Shown: positions 1-7,431, numbered from the stretch's first letter. The stretch: 20,000 nt of DNA from an uncultured virus (IMG/VR IMGVR_UViG_3300044846_004358) (IMGVR_UViG_3300044846_004358), one strand, 5' to 3'. Program-made: numbers and translations. Notes: generated from the letters alone by a model not told the origin.

Positions 1-821
1 TCCACAAAGGCTTGAACCCTATCAGTTCCAATCTTTGTATAATTTGGACTTAATTCTATCCCAACCCATCTTCTATCTAATATCTCAGCGGCAACCATTG
101 TTGTTGCACTACCACAGAATGGGTCTAAGACAATATCGTTTTTATATGTCAAAATCTTTATCGCTTTTGTTGGAATATCCATGCTGAACGTGGCTTTCGT
201 TAATGTCTTGGTATCTGCAAAGTAACTCCATTGACCATAAACCAATTCCATAAACTCTTTCTTATCTTCATCAAGATAAGTCATTTTGGTTTTACCATCT
301 TCTTGGACAACTGGTGTTCCTGTCCATTGTGGTTGTCCTTTGGTTTGTTTCTTATGAAATTTCTTATATGCCAATATTACACATTCTTTTGGATTGTAGA
401 TATAAGGACTAGAACTACTCATCCAAGAACCCCATGCTGTAGTTTTACTTCTATGTGGGGATTGTTCTTCCAAGTCAACAACACCAAAGAATTGGAATCC
501 AACTTTCTTCATTAACATCCAAAACTCAGCAACCATAAAAACTCTTCCACCTCTATCTTGTGTATTGATTTCATAAGGAATGTTCAAAGATAATCTTCCA
601 TCCTCTTTCAATACTCTGAATGCTTGGGTCAACCACTTTTCAGTCCATTCCCAATATTGTTCCATAGTTAAACCATCATTGTATGTGTCATAAGAGATAT
701 TAACATTATATGGAGGTGATGTGATAACTTGGTCAATACTATTTTCGGGGAAGGTAGACATAACCTCAATACAATCCCCATTTATTATTTTATTTACAAA
801 TTGTTCTATATTATTTTCCAT
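1..821 (-). CDS. Site-specific DNA methyltransferase, N4/N6 family, beta-class motif order (3' end runs off the window)
   Basis: Not in the ORF track; hand-translated from ATG at 821: MENNIEQFVNKIINGDCIEVMSTFPENSIDQVITSPPYNV...RVLKEDGRL...KATFSMDIPTKAIKILTYKNDIVLDPFCGSATT...RRWVGIELSPNY. Catalytic motif IV (SPPY) precedes SAM-binding motif I (DPFCGS). SPPY is typical of N4-cytosine enzymes. Confidence 0.93.
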   Translation of the reverse strand, partial: MENNIEQFVNKIINGDCIEVMSTFPENSIDQVITSPPYNVNISYDTYNDGLTMEQYWEWTEKWLTQAFRVLKEDGRLSLNIPYEINTQDRGGRVFMVAEFWMLMKKVGFQFFGVVDLEEQSPHRSKTTAWGSWMSSSSPYIYNPKECVILAYKKFHKKQTKGQPQWTGTPVVQEDGKTKMTYLDEDKKEFMELVYGQWSYFADTKTLTKATFSMDIPTKAIKILTYKNDIVLDPFCGSATTMVAAEILDRRWVGIELSPNYTKIGTDRVQAFV

Positions 822-859
822 TATTTGATTTTCTATAATTGTAGGTATTTTTTTGGAGA

Positions 860-1111
860 TTATAAAGGGGGTTGTCCATCTATTATTCTAACTTCACTTT
901 CCGTAATAATAACCACTCTTGCACCACAAGATAATAGTGGTTTTGCCTCACATCCTTCACCACCATATATAACTTTACTTGGACCTAATATCTCAACTTC
1001 ATTACAATAGGTGTTCTTCTTACCTTGTTTTACGGTTATGACAGGTAGATTTGTTCCTTTTGTTTTATTGGAACGGATGTGATGTTGATTGACGTGGATA
1101 TAGGTTTTCAT
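860..1111 (-). CDS. Conserved phage hypothetical protein (IHVNQH...PVITVK...LSCGARV type)
   Basis: 83-aa ORF tightly packed with its neighbours; the motif pattern resembles a small phage protein family of unknown function (from recall). Confidence 0.8.
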   Translation of the reverse strand: MKTYIHVNQHHIRSNKTKGTNLPVITVKQGKKNTYCNEVEILGPSKVIYGGEGCEAKPLLSCGARVVIITESEVRIIDGQPPL

Positions 1112-1114
1112 TTA

Positions 1115-1324
1115 TCAAAGATTTGGTATATTCCCTGTTACATCACTGATTATTTTTTCAAAGGTATTTTTACAATCTTGAGCACCTTGGTTATAATACT
1201 CTTGATTAATTTTATTTTCCATTTCTAAGGCTTGTTTATATACCTCATATCCTTCTTCTATTGTTGCTTCAGGATTATCATTGAAAAATCTGTATAAAAA
1301 ATATACTGCTCCGGTCTTTATCAT
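1115..1324 (-). CDS. Small hypothetical protein related to the 'KQTAVE.L...AKEMEK' phage module
   Basis: KTGAVYFL...YKQALEMENK matches the N-terminus of the adjacent ORF (KQTAVEYL...FEKAKEMEKE); 1-nt spacing to the upstream gene. Confidence 0.75.
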   Translation of the reverse strand: MIKTGAVYFLYRFFNDNPEATIEEGYEVYKQALEMENKINQEYYNQGAQDCKNTFEKIISDVTGNIPNL

Positions 1325-1325
1325 T

Positions 1326-1832
1326 TTATTTAAGTTTAATTAATCTATCTAATACATCTTTTGAGGTATGCCCATCAAAAGGATATTTGGCCTTTTCATA
1401 TACTGGTATATCAAATAAATCCCAATCGTGAGCTTGATAATGATTACTGATTTGTCCTGATGGTAAGTTTGCCACTACTATAAACCATCCACCACCAAAA
1501 CATAATTCACCATCATTATGTCTCCAACTTTTATGAACATCATACTTTGGTAAATTAAGTATTTGCCAATCTTCACTTTCCCATTTTAGATATTCTTGCA
1601 TTTGTTTTCCCCATTCATTGAATAGTGTTGCATTATATACTTTTCTAAACTCATAGAGTTCCTTGAAGGTATGGTATCCATCAGAGGTGTCTTCTGTAAT
1701 GGTGGATTGTTCCTTTTCCATTTCTTTGGCTTTTTCAAATACTCTAATGTTATATATAACATCTTCATTTGATAAAGGATTATCTAATAAATTTTTATAT
1801 AGATATTCAACTGCTGTTTGTTTCTTTTCCAT
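1326..1832 (-). CDS. Two-module hypothetical protein: N-terminal TAVE/AKEMEK module fused to a WDGH-type domain
   Basis: C-terminal SDGYHTFKELY...HKSWRHNDGE...WFIV...GQISNHY...WDLF...FDGHT pattern characteristic of WDGH-domain phage proteins. Confidence 0.75.
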   Translation of the reverse strand: MEKKQTAVEYLYKNLLDNPLSNEDVIYNIRVFEKAKEMEKEQSTITEDTSDGYHTFKELYEFRKVYNATLFNEWGKQMQEYLKWESEDWQILNLPKYDVHKSWRHNDGELCFGGGWFIVVANLPSGQISNHYQAHDWDLFDIPVYEKAKYPFDGHTSKDVLDRLIKLK

Positions 1833-1833
1833 A

Positions 1834-2079
1834 TTATATTTTTTTTACTTCTAATTTAACTTCTTCCCAATATTTGTAATGTAATTCTCTATCTGAGAAT
1901 ATTAGTTGCATTTTGGATAATTCATCCAAGTGAAGGTTAATTGATAACAACACACACTGCTTGATTAATTCTTTTCTAATATGACGATTAATTACAGAGG
2001 ATATCTGGTGTAGTCCTTCCTTATTAAAGGTGTGGAAGAGCTCTTGTGCCATATCTTGGGGTGGGATGTTGTTTTCCAT
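1834..2079 (-). CDS. Hypothetical phage protein (P...AQELF...KQC...YWEEVK family)
   Basis: 81-aa ORF, tightly packed; resembles a recurrent small-protein family of Bacteroidota phages. Its first 24 codons are repeated at 2880-2951. Confidence 0.8.
   Translation of the reverse strand: MENNIPPQDMAQELFHTFNKEGLHQISSVINRHIRKELIKQCVLLSINLHLDELSKMQLIFSDRELHYKYWEEVKLEVKKI
2008..2079. repeat. Direct repeat R1, copy a (72 nt; first 24 codons of ORF 1834-2079)
   Basis: 64/72 identical to 2880-2951 by manual alignment. Confidence 0.95.
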
Positions 2080-2131
2080 TTTATATAGTTGTATTTGTTG
2101 ATATTGTTCTTGGATATATTACTGGGTTGTG

Positions 2132-2278
2132 CTATACAATCAGACACCCCAATATTATCATAACACTTACTATCATAGTTAACATCATTAATATAATAAC
2201 ATCCCCATTTGTTACATAAGGTTCATAAAATTGTCCTCCTTCACCTTTGTCAAGCCACTTTTTAATTTTGTTACACAT
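2132..2278 (-). CDS. Small predicted membrane protein (48 aa)
   Basis: Hand-translated MCNKIKKWLDKGEGGQFYEPYVTNGDVIILMMLTMIVSVMIILGCLIV*; one C-terminal hydrophobic helix; ATG lies in a TAATG junction. Confidence 0.65.
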   Translation of the reverse strand: MCNKIKKWLDKGEGGQFYEPYVTNGDVIILMMLTMIVSVMIILGCLIV

Positions 2279-2305
2279 TATTTGATAATTGTTCTAATTT
2301 TTTTT
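2276..2305. repeat. Direct repeat R2, copy a (30 nt; encodes KKIRTIIK-stop/start junction on the minus strand)
   Basis: cattatttgataattgttctaatttttttt is identical to 2949-2978. Confidence 0.93.
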
Positions 2306-2358
2306 ATAAAATTCATTAATAATACCATAAATTTCTGAACTATTGGGTATCAAAACTA

Positions 2359-2538
2359 TTAGGGTTTACAAATATCCAACAATTGTTCTATATATTGAAT
2401 ATTTGTTTTAAATTTAATTTCACATTCAACTTCTTCAACTTCAGTTTTATTTTCATCTTTATAAATTGGTATAATATTAACCTCATCAATTCTACTGTTT
2501 AATAAACTTTCCAGTTTTTTTCTTTCTAAATTTTTCAT
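2359..2538 (-). CDS. Small hypothetical protein (59 aa)
   Basis: Hand-translated MKNLERKKLESLLNSRIDEVNIIPIYKDENKTEVEEVECEIKFKTNIQYIEQLLDICKP*; same strand as its neighbours, just below the ORF-track cut-off. Confidence 0.6.
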   Translation of the reverse strand: MKNLERKKLESLLNSRIDEVNIIPIYKDENKTEVEEVECEIKFKTNIQYIEQLLDICKP

Positions 2539-2648
2539 AATGTATTGTTTTTAATTAATATTAACTATTTGTCTTCTCCAATTAAGTTTTTGTTCAGCAC
2601 AATCTTTCTTGAAACTCTTTAAAACTTTCTCTTTTTATGATTTTATTT

Positions 2649-2849
2649 TTAATATGTAAAAAAATTTGTACGTCTATCACCACATTTAACGCAAATCTTA
2701 TATTCAATATCTTGATATGTTGAACTTATAACGGTTTTACCAGCTATTAATTGAATAACTAGATTGCGAAAAGTTACAGTTTCATATCTGATTTTATCAG
2801 AATCACAAACACTACAATTATTAGTAAGTTTTTTTAAATTTTCTTCCAT
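2649..2849 (-). CDS. Small zinc-ribbon-like protein
   Basis: Two CxxC pairs (CSVC, CVKC) in 66 aa. Confidence 0.65.
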   Translation of the reverse strand: MEENLKKLTNNCSVCDSDKIRYETVTFRNLVIQLIAGKTVISSTYQDIEYKICVKCGDRRTNFFTY

Positions 2850-2852
2850 AAT

Positions 2853-2951
2853 TTAATTGTTTTCTGTGGTTATTAAATCGTGAAGCCCTTCCTTATTGAA
2901 ACGATGGAAGAGCTCTTGTGCCATATCTTGGGGTGGTATGTTGTTTTCCAT
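2853..2951 (-). pseudogene. Truncated 32-aa paralog of ORF 1834-2079 (contains repeat R1 copy b, 2880-2951)
   Basis: MENNIPPQDMAQELFHRFNKEGLHDLITTENN*; 23 of the first 24 aa match ORF 1834-2079, then the sequence diverges and stops. Coupled to the upstream gene by TAATG. Confidence 0.75.
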
Positions 2952-2978
2952 TATTTGATAATTGTTCTAATTTTTTTT
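2949..2978. repeat. Direct repeat R2, copy b (3' end of ORF 2951-3178)
   Basis: Identical 30-mer to 2276-2305. Confidence 0.93.
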
Positions 2979-3178
2979 CTTTTGAACCAATCAACATATG
3001 ATGTAGCCTCTTCAAGAGTTATAAATTGATAATTAGTGTTTATCCACGGCATAAAGAAAAATATTTTCTTTTCTATTTCATATCTTGTTACAAAGTATAC
3101 TTCAGGTATAAAATCTATTTTAGCCTCATAATTCTTCGTTATTTGAGGTGTTTCAACTTTTACAATTCTGTATTCCAT
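2951..3178 (-). CDS. Hypothetical protein (75 aa)
   Basis: Tightly packed ORF; its stop overlaps the next start (TAATG). Confidence 0.75.
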   Translation of the reverse strand: MEYRIVKVETPQITKNYEAKIDFIPEVYFVTRYEIEKKIFFFMPWINTNYQFITLEEATSYVDWFKRKKIRTIIK

Positions 3179-3179
3179 A

Positions 3180-3575
3180 TTATATTGTTGTTTTAGTTGA
3201 AGTTAAACAATAGGTATAGTTGTCTTCTGATGTACAATTACAGATACCAAAACCGCAACTTAAAGCATCAGAATATGTTGTTGTATTTGATTTAATTGTC
3301 CCTTCATATTTTTTTTGCATTAGTTCCATAACACTCCCAATCGTACAACCACAAATACCATTACCACCATTTTCTGGATTACATCCACATATTGTATGAT
3401 ATGGAACTTTTTCAGGTATCTTGTGGTCGTATCTGTCTTTGATGAAAGTTGATTCAGTTTTATCGGTCATCTCGTATAATCGTATTAACGAAAATATGGA
3501 ACTTTCAATTTCTTTGATGTCTGTTGAATTATCAAAAACATCTTTAATTAACAATCTTAAATTGTCTAGTGTCAT
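3180..3575 (-). CDS. Hypothetical protein with Cys/Gly-rich motifs
   Basis: 131 aa with CGCNPENGGNGICGC and CGFGICNC; 1-nt spacing after thyA. Confidence 0.75.
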   Translation of the reverse strand: MTLDNLRLLIKDVFDNSTDIKEIESSIFSLIRLYEMTDKTESTFIKDRYDHKIPEKVPYHTICGCNPENGGNGICGCTIGSVMELMQKKYEGTIKSNTTTYSDALSCGFGICNCTSEDNYTYCLTSTKTTI

Positions 3576-3576
3576 A

Positions 3577-4701
3577 TTAATTAGATAATGGTAATTTTAT
3601 GATTGGGTGTGATTGGTAATTTTCTAACTTGAATGTTATACTTGGGTCTAATGTATTCAATACTTCATCCAATTCCAATAGATGCCAATTTTCATTACCT
3701 GAATTAATCTTCAATGTTGGTAATTGATATGGTTCTCTTGTTAGTTGTTCCTTAACTCCATCAATTTGATTTGAATAAATATGACAATCTCCCATATTAG
3801 CAATTAACTCATCAGGAATCATATTAACCATTTTACCCAATATCACCAACAACAATGCGTATGAAGATATATTGAATGGAGTTCCGAGTGGTACATCTTG
3901 GCTTCTGGCATTATACATTAAAGAGATTGCTCTGGTTGGGATATTTTCCCAATCAATTTTAGTATCACTTCCTTTTAGTGCTTGATGTAAGTTATTCTTC
4001 AAGTATTGCATATCTCTAATTTCATTTCTTTCATCTTCACTCAATTCTCTTGTATAAACTTGAAATCCATAATGACAAGGTGGAAGTACCATTTGGTCTA
4101 ATTCACCCACATTCCAAGCTGAAACCATTAGTCGTCTTGAGTCTGGATTTGTTTTGAGTTCGTTAATGAGGATTACTATTTGGTCAATAACTGTTTGGTC
4201 TGCATCATCATAAATGTTTTCGTATGAACCATCAGTTGATAGATACATTTTCTTTTTAGTCCATCTTCGCCATTGTCTTCCATATATTTTTCCCAATTCA
4301 CCCCACTTCTTAGCAAACTCATTATCTGTTTTGATTTTGTTAATGAATTCTTCTTTTGTTAAATTTCTACCATTAAATTTTTCACCATCAGAAACAACTT
4401 CAGATAATTTTTTTGGTAACATAATATACCGCTTATAAGCATCACCATCCCAAATATGACAATCATTATCAACAAGGTATTTGATGTTTGTATCACCCCT
4501 TAAAAACCAAATCAATTCAGTCACAATTCCCTTGAAATACATTTTCTTGGTTGTTAGTACTGGAAATCCATCTGACATTTTATGTCTTATCTGGCGACCG
4601 AATACTGATATTGTTCCTGTACCAGTTCTATCATTTTTTGTTACCCCATTTGTCATTATATCCAATAGGAGTTCTTGATAATCTTTATCTAATTTATTCA
4701 T
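3577..4701 (-). CDS. thyA: Thymidylate synthase (ThyA type) with insertions
   Basis: DRTGTGT, ELIWFLRGDTN, IWD, LGKIYGRQWR, NPDSRRLMVSAWN, catalytic LPPCH, RSQDVPLGTPFNISSY, GDCHIYSNQ. Confidence 0.97.
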   Translation of the reverse strand: MNKLDKDYQELLLDIMTNGVTKNDRTGTGTISVFGRQIRHKMSDGFPVLTTKKMYFKGIVTELIWFLRGDTNIKYLVDNDCHIWDGDAYKRYIMLPKKLSEVVSDGEKFNGRNLTKEEFINKIKTDNEFAKKWGELGKIYGRQWRRWTKKKMYLSTDGSYENIYDDADQTVIDQIVILINELKTNPDSRRLMVSAWNVGELDQMVLPPCHYGFQVYTRELSEDERNEIRDMQYLKNNLHQALKGSDTKIDWENIPTRAISLMYNARSQDVPLGTPFNISSYALLLVILGKMVNMIPDELIANMGDCHIYSNQIDGVKEQLTREPYQLPTLKINSGNENWHLLELDEVLNTLDPSITFKLENYQSHPIIKLPLSN

Positions 4702-4706
4702 ATATA

Positions 4707-5138
4707 TTATTTTTCTTCAGGGTTTAATAGTCCTTTACCATATTGTTCCATTCTGTTGTAGTATCTTGTTTTAACTCGTTCAGAGATTGGGATGGCTCTA
4801 CCTTCTTCATCAATTCTTACAAATTTGATATTGGTTGATACCACCACATCTTGATGACCAGTATAAACATTATGTTTTCTAACTTCCATATATAAAGTTA
4901 CGGAACTTGTACCAAACTCTTTAACTGTGGCATAGAACTTAATAATATTACCAACCTTAACGGAGTTCTTGAAAATCAATTCATCAATTTTGATTGTCAC
5001 CATTCTTGGTGTATCACATATCTGTGCAGCATAAGCACCAGCACTTTGGTCGATTAACCCCAATATTGTTCCACCGAATATATTATCGTGAACACCATTA
5101 TCTGAGGTCTTACAAATATAAGTCGTTACTAATTCCAT
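4707..5138 (-). CDS. Acyl-CoA thioesterase, hotdog fold (YciA-like)
   Basis: DNGVHDNIFGGTILGLIDQSAG...RMVTIKIDELIFKNSVKVG...GTSSVT...FVRIDEEGRAIPI matches the hotdog thioesterase pattern. Confidence 0.88.
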   Translation of the reverse strand: MELVTTYICKTSDNGVHDNIFGGTILGLIDQSAGAYAAQICDTPRMVTIKIDELIFKNSVKVGNIIKFYATVKEFGTSSVTLYMEVRKHNVYTGHQDVVVSTNIKFVRIDEEGRAIPISERVKTRYYNRMEQYGKGLLNPEEK

Positions 5139-5156
5139 TTTATCAATCTAACTAAT

Positions 5157-5768
5157 TTATGTTAATATATCAATTTGTTTTACCACACAATCCAAAATAT
5201 ATTTTCCAACATCAGGGTCAACACAATTTCTAATTATCTGGTCTTTTCTGTGGGATAACTTAAACTCCCTCAAATCAAAATAACCTTTCTCGGAACTTCC
5301 CCTCTCATTATGGGTCAATCCATCTTTAATTTCAATTTCGGGGATATCAATGTTTGTCCAAAACAAATGTCTCCCCAACTTTATTGTTGGTTTGACAAAT
5401 GGTTCATAATATGGTTTAACATTTTCAACAACAAACTTGATGTTTGTGTTCTTGGTAAAGTTTTGTAAGAAAATGATTTCTGCCCATAACTTCATATCAG
5501 GCATTACGGAGTCATAACTTCCTCCTTTGCTTGCCATCATTCTAACTTTACTATGACTTTGACAGGGGGGACTTGACCAAATAAAATCAAAGTTTCTCCA
5601 GTTCTTGGCAAGGTATTCGTGGGCATCACCAACCACAATTGTGTCATTAGGAAAAAAATGTTGATACACATTTGCGATTTCTTCATTGTATTCCACCGCT
5701 GTCACATCAACATTTTCCCAATATTTCCTATTTCCACCTATACCAGCATATAGATTTAATACTCTCAC
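5157..5768 (-). CDS. Compact DNA cytosine-C5 methyltransferase
   Basis: Motif I LNLYAGIGG, motif IV SPPCQ (catalytic Cys), motif VI ENV, C-terminal RNCV resembling motif X; GTG start. Confidence 0.9.
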   Translation of the reverse strand: MRVLNLYAGIGGNRKYWENVDVTAVEYNEEIANVYQHFFPNDTIVVGDAHEYLAKNWRNFDFIWSSPPCQSHSKVRMMASKGGSYDSVMPDMKLWAEIIFLQNFTKNTNIKFVVENVKPYYEPFVKPTIKLGRHLFWTNIDIPEIEIKDGLTHNERGSSEKGYFDLREFKLSHRKDQIIRNCVDPDVGKYILDCVVKQIDILT

Positions 5769-5773
5769 TAATT

Positions 5774-5917
5774 TTATAACTTTATTGAAATATAAGTTCC
5801 TTTATACCATCCAAACATTTGGTCACTAAACTCTGTAACCATATTAAAATCATCCATATTGATTTCCATTTCAACGAAATCCATTTCATTTGGAAATCTA
5901 ACAAATCTTTTTACCAT
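5774..5917 (-). CDS. Small hypothetical protein (47 aa)
   Basis: Hand-translated MVKRFVRFPNEMDFVEMEINMDDFNMVTEFSDQMFGWYKGTYISIKL*; fills the gap exactly, with a TAATG overlap with the upstream gene. Confidence 0.7.
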   Translation of the reverse strand: MVKRFVRFPNEMDFVEMEINMDDFNMVTEFSDQMFGWYKGTYISIKL

Positions 5918-6279
5918 TATTCAAATGTTTCTATTTTAGCGTAAATCTGTTTAAGTTCAGTCCAGTTACCTTTATAAGTTGTTGCTCTTACAGGTCTATT
6001 ATCAATCCAATGATAAACCTGACCATCTTTACATCTTGGTTTATCCATAATCAATCCGTGGAACTTGAATCCTTTCAATCTTAACCAATCTTCCGTAATA
6101 TGTCTATCTTTACTCTCTCTGGCGGTAAAGAATGTTATAATATTTCCCTCATCATACCACTTATTTAGAATTAATCTACTTTCTTCATAGTGTTGTGCAA
6201 ATGGGTATAAATACCATTCTTCATTTCTTATATCCTCACATATTGTCCCATCAATGTCAATCAAATAAACTTTGTTCAT
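5917..6279 (-). CDS. Capless HAD-superfamily phosphatase-like protein (LNS2/PNKP-phosphatase-like)
   Basis: Motif I DIDGT, motif II FFTAR, MDKPR, WIDN. Confidence 0.85.
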   Translation of the reverse strand: MNKVYLIDIDGTICEDIRNEEWYLYPFAQHYEESRLILNKWYDEGNIITFFTARESKDRHITEDWLRLKGFKFHGLIMDKPRCKDGQVYHWIDNRPVRATTYKGNWTELKQIYAKIETFE

Positions 6280-7302
6280 TTATGGTTTTTTTCTTTTATT
6301 GTTGTAGTATTCTAATATTACTAAAAACTCTTCAGACTTTTTCAATTTTTTATTGTAAACTTCACCGATAAAATCATATGCTTGTTCTCTATTATGAATT
6401 TTAACTTTGTTATAAAACAAATAGTTTTCTTGTAATTTATCTATGAATCTATTCAAATCAAATTTGGGGACATTCATTAATAAGTTCAACAATGCAAAAT
6501 AAAGATGTTTAGATTTAACATTACAAACTTTAGTCACCTTTCTAATATCATCTGCATATCGTTGAGCTCTTTCCAAATTTGGGTCGTCATAAACAACTGT
6601 CCATCGACCTTGTTCAAATTTATCCATACTAGATTCACCAGTGTTATGATTTATATTTGATTTCCCACCATGTCTATCGATACCAGACAAATCATTCTGA
6701 CACATAGCTGAAAGTAAGTATATACTGAAGTCTTTATTTTTTTCAACAAAATTTTTCAATTTGATATATTCAACAAATCCATCTTCAGCATAAGAGTGTA
6801 AATAATCATTTGGTTTCCAATTAGTAAAAGTTCTATTCATAACTTTAACTGTCTTAGCCGGAATTTCTTTACGAACTATAAAATGAATCCCTTTTTTATT
6901 ATTGGGGTTATTTTCATTATACTTCATTAGTGCCTTTACACGATGTTGTCCTTCACCAATTTCTAATTTTTTATCCACAATAATTGGAACAATTATACCA
7001 TATTCTTCAATTGTTTTACATATCCCATCTACTTTTTTTTGAATAATCTTACGATTCGACTTTCCAAATGAAAATGTATCTAAATCTGTTGTATAATTAA
7101 GAACCCCTTCATCGTAAACCTTAGATTTTCCTCTATGGTCAATTGTATGTAAAAGTTCCTCACCTGTAATTGATAAATTTCTTTGTATTTGTTGTTCATT
7201 AAACAATATCAAAAAATTATCATTTGTTAAATTGTTGAGAATGGACATAATTTGATTCTCAGAAAGTTCTAATTCTGCCGTTGCAGTTAAATCGTGATTC
7301 AT
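6280..7302 (-). CDS. ParB/Srx-fold (DGQHR-like) domain protein
   Basis: SNRKI...GIIVPIIVD...IGEGQHRVKAL followed by MNRTFTNWKPNDYL, typical of phage ParB-N-like proteins. Confidence 0.75.
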   Translation of the reverse strand: MNHDLTATAELELSENQIMSILNNLTNDNFLILFNEQQIQRNLSITGEELLHTIDHRGKSKVYDEGVLNYTTDLDTFSFGKSNRKIIQKKVDGICKTIEEYGIIVPIIVDKKLEIGEGQHRVKALMKYNENNPNNKKGIHFIVRKEIPAKTVKVMNRTFTNWKPNDYLHSYAEDGFVEYIKLKNFVEKNKDFSIYLLSAMCQNDLSGIDRHGGKSNINHNTGESSMDKFEQGRWTVVYDDPNLERAQRYADDIRKVTKVCNVKSKHLYFALLNLLMNVPKFDLNRFIDKLQENYLFYNKVKIHNREQAYDFIGEVYNKKLKKSEEFLVILEYYNNKRKKP

Positions 7303-7363
7303 AGTTTGGAGTTTAAATTGTAATATAAAATGATTTTAAATAGTTTCACAAGTGGATTAATTA

Positions 7364-7394
7364 CAAATGTATGAAAAATATTTTTACAACCAAA
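7364..7394 (-). promoter_or_regulatory. Bacteroidota primary-sigma promoter
   Basis: Minus strand TTTG-N19-TACATTTG, an exact match to the -33 TTTG / -7 TAnnTTTG consensus, in the intergenic gap upstream of the ParB-like gene. Confidence 0.8.
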
Positions 7395-7431
7395 ACATTT
7401 CTAAAAATTTTTATTCTTTTTTTAATAAACT

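Noticed and set aside
2081..2134. TAG read-through or alternative genetic code (the frame stays open for 16 codons after the TAG of the 48-aa ORF)
   Set aside because: All long conserved genes are intact in code 11, and TAG falls at the natural ends of DUF932 and DnaJ.
2539..2648. Programmed frameshift extending the zinc-ribbon ORF into the downstream gap
   Set aside because: Short open frames and a T-run exist, but no stimulatory structure or recognisable product; more likely a gene remnant.
2008..2951. R1 repeat pair as a diversity-generating retroelement TR/VR
   Set aside because: Mismatches are not adenine-specific on either strand, are mostly synonymous, lie at a gene 5' end, and no reverse transcriptase is in the window.
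807..2978. R2 copies as a CRISPR array
   Set aside because: Only two exact copies 673 nt apart; they encode a gene end; no regular spacers or cas genes.
3577..4701. ThyA homologue as a dCMP/dUMP hydroxymethylase for base hypermodification
   Set aside because: It keeps the dUMP-specifying Asn (PFN) and all canonical ThyA motifs.
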